Below are positions 1-9,021 of a stretch of DNA of 64,000 nucleotides, in pieces. A model generated the notes under the pieces. It worked only from the letters and a program-made list of their open reading frames with translations, did not search any database and had not been told where the DNA came from. The position numbers were made by a program, and so were the translations under genes. The DNA lies in assembly GCA_963843725.1 (NCBI GenBank), contig CAWJLM010000005.1, positions 20,124 through 84,123 of the forward strand, in the 5' to 3' direction. Source of the stretch: an uncultured Acidobacteriaceae bacterium. GTDB lineage: Bacteria > Acidobacteriota > Terriglobia > Terriglobales > Acidobacteriaceae. Position 1 is the stretch's first letter, and each line of letters opens with the position of its first letter.

Positions 1-406
1 GCTGGGCCGCGAGCTGCTGCTCAGCCGGGGTCACGCCGGCTTGAATGTCCTGCGCCGTCTTGAGCTCTGATCCCTTGAACTTGACGCTATCGGCGACCAG
101 CTGGTTCTGGGCGTTGTAGGAGCCTTTCACTTCGACCGGCAGGCCGGGAACCAGAGCCGTCATGCCCATCTGCTTCTTGCGCATGTGAAGTCCGCCTTCG
201 ACTTCTTCTACTTGCGTGTTGTCGGTTAAGAGGACAACGACTTTTCCGGCATCCTGAGTGTTGACGGTCATGGTGGCGCCGCTGCGTCCCGTAATCAGGC
301 CCTGAGCTTGCCCGCTCTGAGCGACGGCAACGCCGGAGGCGAGCGCGATGACTACAAAAGAAACAGCAGCGACGAGAATGATGCGTAGGGTTCGGCTTGT
401 GCTCAT
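1..406 (-). CDS. OmpA-family envelope protein, N-terminal part only (gene runs off the window start); paralog of 15065..15988
   Basis: Not in the ORF track because it is open at the window edge. My translation from ATG at 406 is MSTSRTLRIILVAAVSFVVIALASGVAVAQSGQAQGLITGRSGATMTVNTQDAGKVVVLLTDNTQVEEVEGGLHMRKKQMGMTALVPGLPVEVKGSYNAQNQLVADSVKFKGSELKTAQDIQAGVTPAEQQ.... It has a signal peptide and aligns position by position with the N-terminus of 15065..15988. GAGAGGAAG lies just upstream of the ATG. Confidence 0.75.
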   Translation of the reverse strand, partial: MSTSRTLRIILVAAVSFVVIALASGVAVAQSGQAQGLITGRSGATMTVNTQDAGKVVVLLTDNTQVEEVEGGLHMRKKQMGMTALVPGLPVEVKGSYNAQNQLVADSVKFKGSELKTAQDIQAGVTPAEQQLAAQ

Positions 407-540
407 AATCTTCCTCTCTGAAATCCTGGTGGGCCTGCGTAACGTGGTCGATCGGTAAGGCTGCGGCAAGTCGCGATCGAACGCAACGGGACGAGAAAAC
501 TTGCCGGTTTCGAGGCTATCGGCTGGCCCGGATTTCGTTA

Positions 541-560
541 ACTGGCAGAACTACTAGTAA
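541..560 (-). promoter_or_regulatory. Copy of the recurring upstream motif (TTACTAGTAGTTCTGCCAGT on the minus strand), about 135 nt upstream of the CDS starting at 406
   Basis: The reverse complement of 541..560 matches consensus CTAGTAGTT(T/C)TGCCAGT. The same consensus occurs at 14853, 23158, 21205 and 8823. Confidence 0.4.
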
Positions 561-713
561 GCCAATCAAAAGTTGAGCAGCGGGGAAGGCGCGGCGCTTC
601 TGCGACAAGAAATGACAGGCAACACCACAGCTACCAGGGAACTGTTATTTATGCTAGTTGCAAGCGCAGGGCGCATCGACTAGGTTGAGCAGATCAAATT
701 CAGTCGATCCAGC

Positions 714-1643
714 ATGCGCTTGTCTCTGAAGCCGGTATTGTGGGCGGTGATCGTCGCGTGTGCGGCAAGAAGCCTGTGCGCACAAGATTTGTCTCCTCGC
801 GCTTATGTGATTACGCCGCTTCATTCCAATGCAGTTACCTTGACTTGGGCCTTCTATGACGGAGGGGTTAATTTTAACGGAACCATTCCGGTCACCGGGG
901 CCACCGGGACTTACAACGTCCCCATCTTCACCTACTATCATGCGCTTAACTTTTTTGGCCGCTCCGCCAACATAAACGCTTCGTTGCCCTACGCTGTAGG
1001 AACGTTTCAGGGTCAGCTGATGGGCAACAACAAGTCGCTTTACCGTTCCGGATTGCTCGACTCCAGTTTCCGGCTGTCGGTCAATCTGAAGGGTGGTCCG
1101 GCGATGCAGCCACAGAAGTTTGTGAAATGGAAGCAGAAGCTGCTGTTGGGAGCCAGTCTGAAGGTGATCGCGCCGACCGGGCAATACGATCCCACCAAGC
1201 TGATCAACTGGGGTATCAATCGCTGGGCGTTCAAACCGGAGTTCGGATATTCCCAACGCTGGGGAAAATGGGTGCTCGACGGCTATGCCGGAGTATGGTT
1301 CTACACCCGAAATCCCGCGTACTACAGTATTCCGGAACCCAAGCCGCAGACGGAAGCGCCCATCGGTTCGTTCGAAGGGCACCTGAGCCGCGACGTCAAG
1401 CCGCGACTCTGGGTGTCGCTGGACGGGAACTTCTGGTTCGGCGGCGTCACCACTCTCAACGGGATTCGCAACCTGGCAACCAAGCAGGCGGGCTCGCGAA
1501 TTGGCGGGACCGGTTCCATCCCGCTAACCAAGCATCAGTCCATCAAGATGAGCTACAGCGACGGCACCTACATTCGCTTTGGCGGAAATTACCAGAGCGT
1601 GTCGCTGGCGTGGCAATATTCCTGGCTGGGCAGGCCGAAGTAG
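714..1643 (+). CDS. Outer-membrane beta-barrel 'transporter' family protein (MetA-pathway/phenol-degradation-like OMP)
   Basis: 309-aa ORF with signal peptide (MRLSLKPVLWAVIVACAARSLCAQD). It has alternating beta-strand patterning and a terminal aromatic region (SLAWQYSWLGRPK). NRWAFKPEFGY and GYAGVWFYT motifs are typical of this family. Confidence 0.75.
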   Translation: MRLSLKPVLWAVIVACAARSLCAQDLSPRAYVITPLHSNAVTLTWAFYDGGVNFNGTIPVTGATGTYNVPIFTYYHALNFFGRSANINASLPYAVGTFQGQLMGNNKSLYRSGLLDSSFRLSVNLKGGPAMQPQKFVKWKQKLLLGASLKVIAPTGQYDPTKLINWGINRWAFKPEFGYSQRWGKWVLDGYAGVWFYTRNPAYYSIPEPKPQTEAPIGSFEGHLSRDVKPRLWVSLDGNFWFGGVTTLNGIRNLATKQAGSRIGGTGSIPLTKHQSIKMSYSDGTYIRFGGNYQSVSLAWQYSWLGRPK

Positions 1644-1729
1644 ACGGATGCGGAATGTTGGGTCTTAACGAACTGGCATCGCCTGTCTGAACGGTAAGGC
1701 AATCGATTCAGCAGCCAGCGCACATCGGC

Positions 1730-3019
1730 TCAGGGCGCGGACGCGGGTACCGGACTTCGCCTGGAGAACAGCGGGATCTGCGAAAGCAGGAATATCGCCA
1801 GTATCAGCAGTTCCGGATCGATAGCGTGCCGGTAGCGCGGAGTTGGAAAGGTGATGTAGTAAATCAGCGGATAGGACAACAATAGCGAAGCAAATAGAAA
1901 CCTGCCGTGCACACGTCTCTTGAGCGCCAGTACCAGTCCGCCGATGGCCAGTAATGACGAGGTCAGGAAGAGCAAGTTCTTGACCTGCTCCAGTCCAGCC
2001 CGGGGAAGACCAGCCCAAAAAAAGAGGAAGCGGCGGAAACACAGCAGCGCGAACTTTTGCGGATGCTCCGCAATCCAGGTTTTGGCGTCGTCGGCCTGTT
2101 CGGCGTTCATCGCTGGTTCGCCCATTTGCTTGAATAAGTTCAACAGATAGGGATTGGAACCGGCGTGATAGTTACCCACCATCCAGCCTTGGGCCAGGGG
2201 ATTGTTACCGGCGCGAAGTTCGTTGCCGAAGTTGTCGCGGACGAAGACGGGCTCGCCGAACACGCGGTAATTGCGTACCAGCCAGGGCGTCAGCGTGACC
2301 CAGAAGACGGCCGCGCCAAATGCCACGGGCATTAGAAAGCGTTTGCCCTGGCGATGCAGCTTGTAGGCCAGCCAGCAGCCGGAGAAGGGAAGCCACGCCA
2401 CCGGGGAAGTATTGGTAAGCGCGAGGATCCCCCACAACAACCCGTAGGTAACCCAGGACGAGAGGCGGTCATCGCCTTCCATCTCCAGGGTGAGCATGAA
2501 CACCAAGCTCAGCAGAAATGCGGTCAGACTGGTTTCCCAAATCCAGTGTCCTGACCAATAGATGCTGTAGGGCAGCACTGCCCAAAGCCATCCTGACCAG
2601 AGCGCAACGTTTTCGTGGAAGACGCGGCGCGCGATGCGGTAGATGGTCCAACTGGTGAGCGCAGAGAAGATGCTGTTGAACACCAGCATGGCGAAGCCGG
2701 AAGCATAGGAGTAGGTCCCGAAGATGCGGAACGCCAGCGAGATTACCCAGGGATAGATCGGCGGGGTCCAGGCGGAAGGCCCGGTAGCGACGCCGTAAGG
2801 ATTGCTGAATCCGTGCCCCGTGGCTAGGGAATAACCAAGACGCTCCATCTCATTGACCAGCCCGATACGGTCGATGTCGATAAGAACGTAGGCACGAGTG
2901 ATCACGATATAGAGCACTCGGGCCACGAATGCGATCAGCACCATCCAGCCGGGAGAATGAAAAAAGCGAATTCCCTTCTTAGCCGGGGATTCCCTTTGGA
3001 CTTCAGAAACGGCAACCAT
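1730..3019 (-). CDS. Polytopic membrane glycosyltransferase, GT39/GT83 (ArnT/PMT-like) family
   Basis: Many TM helices. The first-loop motif NEMERLGYSLATGHGF resembles the DExxY..A..L..G.G loop of ArnT/PMT enzymes. The track ORF extends to 3163, but the ATG at 3019 (MVAVSEVQ...) directly precedes the first TM, so I prefer it. Confidence 0.7.
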   Translation of the reverse strand: MVAVSEVQRESPAKKGIRFFHSPGWMVLIAFVARVLYIVITRAYVLIDIDRIGLVNEMERLGYSLATGHGFSNPYGVATGPSAWTPPIYPWVISLAFRIFGTYSYASGFAMLVFNSIFSALTSWTIYRIARRVFHENVALWSGWLWAVLPYSIYWSGHWIWETSLTAFLLSLVFMLTLEMEGDDRLSSWVTYGLLWGILALTNTSPVAWLPFSGCWLAYKLHRQGKRFLMPVAFGAAVFWVTLTPWLVRNYRVFGEPVFVRDNFGNELRAGNNPLAQGWMVGNYHAGSNPYLLNLFKQMGEPAMNAEQADDAKTWIAEHPQKFALLCFRRFLFFWAGLPRAGLEQVKNLLFLTSSLLAIGGLVLALKRRVHGRFLFASLLLSYPLIYYITFPTPRYRHAIDPELLILAIFLLSQIPLFSRRSPVPASAP

Positions 3020-3390
3020 AGCCCACCCATTTCGACTGCGCGTGACGTTGTGAAGCCATTTTAGTGTGGAGTGCGCGATCGCGATGCGATCTAGTGCAGC
3101 ATTGCCGAAAGTACAACATGAAGCAGCAGAATGTAAATCGGGACGCGTGTTCCTCCCGGTCACGCAAGCGAGGGCAGACGAAGCCGGGCTCGTCCCGATA
3201 TGCGTGAAGCGCGCAATTTGCTCCGCTGGATTGAACCGGATAAAATCGTGCGGTTGTGAACGTGAATCCTTGGCGGGGAGCCAGGTTCACGATTCGAATC
3301 ACACGATCCGACCGTATAACTTCCGTTGGTCTGCGTGGTTTCCGCCGACAGCCCGAAGCTAAAGCATGACACACTACCGTTCCCTCGCGA

Positions 3391-4305
3391 ATGAATAGCG
3401 CCAGCACACTGCAATCGTCGACCAGGGGCAGGAAACGCCGGTCTCTGCGTTGGCTGGCAGGCGCCTGCGCAATTCTGGCGATAGGGTTGCTGCTCATCCT
3501 GGTAAACAACAACTTTTCGCTGAGTGGCAAGTCGCGCGCCGGTTTCGAGGCGCAACTGGACGGGGCGATGGCGCGGGCAACCGACTGGATCGTCGCAAAT
3601 CCGCGCGCCGTCGAGAACAATCCTTCGCTCATGTACATGGTGTCGGACATGGCGAAAATGTCGGGCGATCCCCGCCTGCGAGATTTCGTCAGCGGGTACG
3701 ACGCGTATCTGATCATGATTGCAGCGCCGAAGCCGGTCAATGCGGTTTGGCATCGCTTCGCAAACCCTGACGCGCACGTACCGTTGCTGCCTGCTTACGA
3801 TTTGCGTAACGAGGGACTTGAGGTCCGCTGGGATGCGTATGCGGTCGCTCCCGACAAGGTGGAACTAAGTTACGAGGAGCGGTCCGACATGTTCTCGCCG
3901 ACCAAGTATTACTGGGGAGCGAGGCACCATCAGCTTCTGGCGCTTGTGATGTATCGCAACTTCAATGGCGGCTCGCCGGACCTGAATCAAACCATCGATT
4001 ATCTCTCGGAGAAAATCGCCCGGGATGCGCATTATGACTTTCGGGTAAGCGATTCCTACATTCAGCGGACGGCGTTTATTTTAGCTGCGGGACGGCCGGA
4101 TTTGATTCGCCGGCGCTGGGTGGAGCGGATCCTCGATAATCAGACAGCCGACGGAAGCTGGGCGTATTGCTGGTACGGATGGTGTCGCGGCGTGTTCGAA
4201 TTTGGAGCGCCACCCTATCCGGCGCACACCACGGTGCAGGCAGCGTGGGCCCTGTACATGTTGAAATATCGCTATCCGCGCTGGATCGAAGAGCATTATC
4301 GTTAG
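3391..4305 (+). CDS. Hypothetical membrane-anchored protein
   Basis: 304-aa ORF with an N-terminal anchor (WLAGACAILAIGLLLILV). The C-terminal DNQTADGSWAYCWYGWC resembles terpenoid-cyclase/prenyltransferase-like repeats only weakly. Confidence 0.6.
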   Translation: MNSASTLQSSTRGRKRRSLRWLAGACAILAIGLLLILVNNNFSLSGKSRAGFEAQLDGAMARATDWIVANPRAVENNPSLMYMVSDMAKMSGDPRLRDFVSGYDAYLIMIAAPKPVNAVWHRFANPDAHVPLLPAYDLRNEGLEVRWDAYAVAPDKVELSYEERSDMFSPTKYYWGARHHQLLALVMYRNFNGGSPDLNQTIDYLSEKIARDAHYDFRVSDSYIQRTAFILAAGRPDLIRRRWVERILDNQTADGSWAYCWYGWCRGVFEFGAPPYPAHTTVQAAWALYMLKYRYPRWIEEHYR

Positions 4306-4322
4306 GCGCCCGGCGTCAGAAT

Positions 4323-6398
4323 TTAGAATTTTGCTGCGGTGTCCCCCGATTCTTGCAGCAGCAGTCCGTTATAGAACGATGCGACCAGCAGCCGTCCTTT
4401 GTAATTCAGAGCCGAGCGGATAGAGACTCCGGCTTCCGGCGTGCTTTGCCAACTCTTGCCGCCATCCTTGCTTTGAAACACGGCGTGCGAATGCATGGCT
4501 GTAGCCAGCAAGCGCTGGCCGGTGTCGTCGTAGCGGACCGCCAGCACATCATTCTTAGGCAGGCCGCCCAGCATGTACTGCCAAGTCTGTCCGCCGTCAG
4601 TTGAGCGCAGCGCGCCTTGTTGCGTTCCTAGCCAAAGCGTGGGACCGGGAGTCAGAGTCAGGCTGTAAACTCCGCTGACATATTTCGGCAGGGTCACGGC
4701 CGTCCAGGTCTTGCCGCCGTCGCGCGAGAGGTAAGCGCCTTTCAGTCCAGCCAGGGTTACGGTCCCGTCATCGTAGGTGTTGACGGCGCTGAAGTCGCGT
4801 TCTCCCTCGACCGCCTGGCCGTACCAGCGTTCTCCGTGGTCGACGCTGGTGAACAGCCCGTCATCGGTGGCGGCGAACCAGGCGCTGTCGCCCATCTGCA
4901 GCGAGCGTACCCGAGGAGCATTGGCCAGGGGAATCACGTTTTCCGCCGGAACCTTTGTCTTTGTCCTGGCGACAGATGCTTTGCGCTTGCTGGCTGCGGC
5001 TGTTTGTGATGATTTCCCGGCGGGTGAGGAAGCTCCGGCTTCTTTGGCGTTCGCCTGCTGTTCCGGCATTGGTCCGGAAATCATCTTCATGGGTACCCAG
5101 GAAGCGCCTGCCGATTCCAGCTGGAATATCCCGTGGTTCGTTCCGGCGAACAGTGCTCCGCTTTCTGCCTGTTGCAGGCTCAAGACGTCGCGCCCCGCCA
5201 GTCCGCGACTGGATTGCCGCCAGCTCCTGCCGGCATCGTCGGACAGGAACAAGCCGCCCAGCTCCTTGTCATTCGACACGCCCACGTAAAGCCGGTTCGG
5301 ATCTTTGCGGTCGACGACCACGGCGCCCACCACGCGATGAGAGAACCCCTGATTCGAGCTGGTGTAGTGCGCGAAACCATCGTTGCTGGCCAACACGCCC
5401 CGCATGTCAGTCGCTACCAGCACACGATTCGGCTCGCGCGGATCGATCAGAACATCGTTGACGATGAGATCAGGCGAGGAAACCAGAGTCCACCTGGTGC
5501 CACCGTCCGCAGTCTTCCAAAGTCCGCCGGTGGTGCCGGCGTAGACGATCGAGGGACGCTGCGGATCTTGTTTGAGGACGCGGGTGCGAATCGCCGAGTG
5601 AGGCAGTCCCTGCACCCGGTGAAAAACTTCGGCGCCATCATCGCTCTTGTAAATTCCCGAGCAGGCACTGGCATAAACCCGCGAGGGAACTTTGGGATCG
5701 ACGATGATGCTGAAGACATCGGAATCGTCCAGAATTCCTTCCTTAAGGTTGTGCCAGCTCGCGCCTCCGTCGCTGGTTTTCCAGGGCAGATGGCGTGTGC
5801 CGGCATAAATCACGTCGGGATTCTGAGGATCGATGGCGACCGAAACGAAATTCCGCAGCGAGGAATGGTTTTCGATGGCCGCAGAGTTTTCCGGAGTGAT
5901 GCGTTCCCAGGTGGCTCCGCCGTCCCGGGTGCGAAACACACCGTCCAGAGCGCCGATCACCAGGGTGTTGTGATCGCTGGGCGCCATGGCCAAGGCGCGA
6001 ATCGACTTGCCATGAACGCCCTTCAGCTCGCGCCAGGTACGGCCGCCGTCGTCGGAGCGAAAGACACCGCCGTCATTGTCGCTAAACAGTCCCCAAGCCG
6101 CAGCGTAGACCGTCGCTGGGTTCGTGGGATCGAAGACGATGTGATCGAAAACGTAGTCGTCGCCCGGGCCCAGGTGAGCGAAAATCGTCCACGAATTTCC
6201 GCCGTCCTGGGAAAGGAAAAGTTGTCCCGAGCTGGTGCCCAGCAGGATGCGGTTGGGATCGCCGGGATCGTAGGCCAGGCTGCGGACGTTGCCGCCTTCC
6301 GGCCCGATCAGTTGCCAGTCGGACGCCCAGGCAAAAAAGCTGAACAACATCCCGACGCACAAGAATAATTTCGCAACCCGTCCTGCTGCACTGCGCAT
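4323..6398 (-). CDS. Secreted BNR/Asp-box repeat beta-propeller protein (Sortilin-Vps10 / GH74-like / Ycf48-like)
   Basis: 691 aa with a signal peptide. It has about 10 Asp-box motifs SxDxGxTW (SQDGGNSWT, SDDGGRTWR, TRDGGATWE, TSDGGASWH, TADGGTRWT, SDDAGRSWR, SRDGGKTWT, STDGGQTWQ, SKDGGKSWQ). Confidence 0.85.
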   Translation of the reverse strand: MRSAAGRVAKLFLCVGMLFSFFAWASDWQLIGPEGGNVRSLAYDPGDPNRILLGTSSGQLFLSQDGGNSWTIFAHLGPGDDYVFDHIVFDPTNPATVYAAAWGLFSDNDGGVFRSDDGGRTWRELKGVHGKSIRALAMAPSDHNTLVIGALDGVFRTRDGGATWERITPENSAAIENHSSLRNFVSVAIDPQNPDVIYAGTRHLPWKTSDGGASWHNLKEGILDDSDVFSIIVDPKVPSRVYASACSGIYKSDDGAEVFHRVQGLPHSAIRTRVLKQDPQRPSIVYAGTTGGLWKTADGGTRWTLVSSPDLIVNDVLIDPREPNRVLVATDMRGVLASNDGFAHYTSSNQGFSHRVVGAVVVDRKDPNRLYVGVSNDKELGGLFLSDDAGRSWRQSSRGLAGRDVLSLQQAESGALFAGTNHGIFQLESAGASWVPMKMISGPMPEQQANAKEAGASSPAGKSSQTAAASKRKASVARTKTKVPAENVIPLANAPRVRSLQMGDSAWFAATDDGLFTSVDHGERWYGQAVEGERDFSAVNTYDDGTVTLAGLKGAYLSRDGGKTWTAVTLPKYVSGVYSLTLTPGPTLWLGTQQGALRSTDGGQTWQYMLGGLPKNDVLAVRYDDTGQRLLATAMHSHAVFQSKDGGKSWQSTPEAGVSIRSALNYKGRLLVASFYNGLLLQESGDTAAKF

Positions 6399-6540
6399 AT
6401 AAGAAAGCCCCGTTTATCTTGCCTGGTGAAAGTGGAGTGAAAAGCGGCCACTGGAGAGAATCATAACTCGCAGTCTGCCGGATGCGTACGTATCAAACTA
6501 GAGGCGGCAGCAGCCTTGAGCGTCCCGCGTGCCGGCAAAA

Positions 6541-6632
6541 GGGCGAAAGCAGATTCCTCGGCGGCTGAAGCCGCCTCGGAATGACAAAAATAAAAAACCG
6601 TTACGGCGCACCTAAAGGTGCGCCCCTTCAAA
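6541..6632 (-). repeat. Composite hairpin repeat (B-hairpin plus A-hairpin module), inverted orientation
   Basis: The reverse complement reads TTGAAGGGGCGCACCTTTAGGTGCGCCGTAACGG..TTTTTGTCATTCCGAGGCGGCTTCAGCCGCCGAGGAATCTGCTTTCGC. The same two-hairpin module is seen at 13913..13996(-), 33237..33330(+), 36939..37035(+) and 48598..48740(+). Confidence 0.8.
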
Positions 6633-6728
6633 GCGCGTCGGACAAAGCGTGTCGGACAAAGCGCGTCGGACAAAGCGCGTCGGACAAAGCGTGTCGGACA
6701 AAGCGCGTCGGACAATGCGCGTCGGACG
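6633..6728. repeat. Tandem repeat, about 6.9 copies of a 14-nt unit GCG(C/T)GTCGGACAAA
   Basis: Units read directly at 6633, 6647, 6661, 6675, 6689, 6703 and 6717 (last one truncated). C/T alternates at unit position 4. Confidence 0.9.
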
Positions 6729-6888
6729 TGACTTTTTCGGCAGCCAGTAAAGCCACAATGATTTTGCGGCCGTTATGGACGGCCTGAAGACCGTCCCCTT
6801 CCATAGCCGACTGAATCAGCATTTCCCTAGAAAAAAGCCGGCAAGAGGCGTACCTCTCACCGGCTGGCTTCGACTTAGGTCACCTCAG

Positions 6889-8547
6889 CTACTGCTGTGG
6901 AGCTGGAGCAGCAGCGGGAGCGTCCGCTTTGGCCTTGTGGTGCTTCTTGGTTGGTGCAGGCGCGTTACGCGACTGCGGCTGCACAGCACTTTCGTCAACC
7001 ACGGTACCTTCTTCCAGTTGTCCGCCGCACATTGTGCCTTCGGGGACAAAGTAGAAGTGCGTGGCCTGACCCTTGGTGCCGCCCTGACGAGGCTGGACGC
7101 GAGTGGCGTCAACCTTGTTGGGGCCGTCCGTGGTCAGGTAGTACTTGACGTTGACCGAGCGCTGCGAACCCAACTGTTGCTCGTTGACCGACTCTTTCTC
7201 GTTGGTGTAGCCCACGATGTCCAGCTTGCCGTTGGGCATCTGCTGCAACCGCAGAGAGAGTTTGTCGAGCGTGTCTTTGCAATCGTTGTCTACGCGCCAC
7301 GGTTTCTTGGGGTTCTTCTCGAAGGTGCACTCGCCCCAATCCTCGATATTGACGCAGGACTTGATGGCAGGCACGGTGATGCTGGCCGAGCAGCTGGCCG
7401 ACAGGTTGGCACGCGCGTCAGTCGCCGTACCGGTGGCGGTTATGGTGTTGCCGGCGTCAGCGTTGGTCGCCGTGACCGTGACCGAAGTGCCGGTGCCGCT
7501 CATGGTGCCGCCGCTGGTGGTCCAGTTATAAGTTAACGGCCATCCCTGCGGATCGCTGGCGTTCATGGTGACGGTCGCCGTCTCGCCAATCGCAATGGTG
7601 GTGAGCGTCGACGAGCAGCTTACGACTGGAGGTTGCGGCTGCTTGATGTTGAAGCTGGCGGTGCAGGTTGCGGTATTGTTCTTCTTCTCTTTGGGATCGG
7701 TGATGGTTCCGCTGACACTGTAGCTTCCCGGCGCCAGGCCGGTGGTGTCAACCGTCGCGGTCTGAGCATTGCCGTTCGACAGCTTGCCGGAAGTTCCGGT
7801 CCAGGCATAGGTCTCGGTGTGCTTCGGGTTGAAGTTGGCGCCCGTGATGGTGACGCTCACCGGATCGCCAGACCAAACCGCAGCGGGAGACGCTGAACAG
7901 GATGCACTAACCGGAACTGGCGGCGCGCCGCCAAACATGAATTCCAGCCCGCCAAAGTAGCGGAAGTTGTTCTGGTTCGCCGTGTAGTTGGCAACGTGAT
8001 TGGCGGTGAAGCGAGTGAAGAGGTAATCCACTTCGACCGGCCGGACAGCGAAGTGCTTGGTTAGCCTGAGATCAATGCCTCCGCCAAACGCCATGGCAAA
8101 TCCGTTGTTATCGCCCGAGCCGTTCAGAATCCTGCCTTCATCGGTCAAGATCGTGGCGTAAGCGTTGGTGTGGGCAGCTCCGAACAGAGCTTCGCCGAAG
8201 GGTTGAAACACACCTGTGTGTTTCTTAATCTGCGGTCCAAACATGTAAGTGAATACGTTGCCGCTGGCCGCGCCGGCGAATCCATGCTGTTCCAGCTGAT
8301 TTCTCAGGCCACTACTCTGGGTGTAACCCATCAAATCGGCCTTGATGCCGAAGTAGTTGCCGAAGTTAACGTCAAACTGTCCACCACCACCGAAAACGTT
8401 GAAGCTGGTAATCGGGTCCAGGTTGGGGTGCACGTTAATAAACGAAAAACCAAGGGGAATTTCCACCTTGGGCACATCCTGCGCCCAGGCGGTCACACCC
8501 AACAACAACGCAATACACAGTAAAGCCGCTTTTTTCATCGATTTCAT
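6889..8547 (-). CDS. Outer-membrane protein: N-terminal 8-strand-type beta-barrel plus two Ig-like repeats plus C-terminal OmpA-like domain
   Basis: The real start is MKSMKKAALLCIALLLGVTAWAQD (ATG at 8547, or at 8538 which has better GGAG spacing). The barrel part is paralogous to 21364..22005 (FGIKADxxGY, NxFTYMFGPQIKKH, QPFGEALFGA). Two repeats follow the pattern SCSASP...Y.WT.TSG...TV.T...C.AS. The C-terminus (KLDIVGYTNEKES...SQRSVNVKYYL) is OmpA-like. The track ORF extension to 8877 is noncoding. Confidence 0.8.
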   Translation of the reverse strand: MKSMKKAALLCIALLLGVTAWAQDVPKVEIPLGFSFINVHPNLDPITSFNVFGGGGQFDVNFGNYFGIKADLMGYTQSSGLRNQLEQHGFAGAASGNVFTYMFGPQIKKHTGVFQPFGEALFGAAHTNAYATILTDEGRILNGSGDNNGFAMAFGGGIDLRLTKHFAVRPVEVDYLFTRFTANHVANYTANQNNFRYFGGLEFMFGGAPPVPVSASCSASPAAVWSGDPVSVTITGANFNPKHTETYAWTGTSGKLSNGNAQTATVDTTGLAPGSYSVSGTITDPKEKKNNTATCTASFNIKQPQPPVVSCSSTLTTIAIGETATVTMNASDPQGWPLTYNWTTSGGTMSGTGTSVTVTATNADAGNTITATGTATDARANLSASCSASITVPAIKSCVNIEDWGECTFEKNPKKPWRVDNDCKDTLDKLSLRLQQMPNGKLDIVGYTNEKESVNEQQLGSQRSVNVKYYLTTDGPNKVDATRVQPRQGGTKGQATHFYFVPEGTMCGGQLEEGTVVDESAVQPQSRNAPAPTKKHHKAKADAPAAAPAPQQ

Positions 8548-8814
8548 CTCCGCTAGTTTTGAATTTAAGGACGACAGCGGCGTACCGCTATGTCGCTCAA
8601 TCTCTAAAAGTGCCGCGACGCTCGATGATGGCTTTCGGCCGTGAGCGTGACGCAATCTCAATTGTAGGGTGGTCCTAGTATTGCTGGATACTGTTAATAA
8701 TGCTAGGGAACCCTGTAAGAAAGTGCAATTACGGGAAAAATGTGGTTTGCTGTCCAAAGAATACAACTTTAGTCGCATCCCAGGTCCCCGAACTATTGCC
8801 TCTTGTTGTTCTTC

Positions 8815-8840
8815 CTGGCAAAACTGCAAGTTCTGCCAGT
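8815..8840. promoter_or_regulatory. Near-perfect palindrome CTGGCAAAAC-TGCAA-GTTCTGCCAG in a divergent intergenic region (two back-to-back copies of the TT(T/C)TGCCAG motif)
   Basis: 10-nt arms with 9/10 complementary positions and a 5-nt spacer. It lies between the divergent OMP genes 6889..8547(-) and 9022..9861(+). Confidence 0.45.
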
Positions 8841-9021
8841 TGTTCCGTTTCGGGAGGCGCGCTATCGTTATCTTCACATACGCATATCCAGCCCGGAATT
8901 TCTTACGAATGCTCGTGAGTATTCATTTCTGGAAGAAGCGTGTGCTTGTTCACGGCTGGCGATCGATTTCAGCTTCGACGGTATGCCGGGTGAGTAAACC
9001 GTGAGGGTAGAGGAGAGCACG

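Noticed and set aside
3003-3777. ORFs 3003..3740(-) and 3160..3777(-), of 245 and 205 aa.
   Set aside because: They overlap each other and the plus-strand gene 3391..4305. They are Arg/Ser/Cys-rich with no motif and span the divergent promoter region. They are judged spurious.
5133-6368. 411-aa plus-strand ORF.
   Set aside because: It is antisense to the BNR/Asp-box propeller gene (4323..6398), which has about 10 clear SxDxGxTW motifs. It is a shadow ORF. The same reasoning applies to 24122..25432(-), 14990..15898(-), 45093..46019(-), 45862..46788(-), 55353..56498(-), 11091..11918(-) and 61883..62503(-).
8548-8877. N-terminal extension of track ORF 6889..8877 (an extra 110 aa before MKSMKKAALL).
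   Set aside because: The extension has no SD and low-complexity odd composition, and it precedes a perfect signal peptide with its own start. Similar over-extensions were trimmed at 1730..3163, 15017, 16288, 23729, 50545 and 47397.
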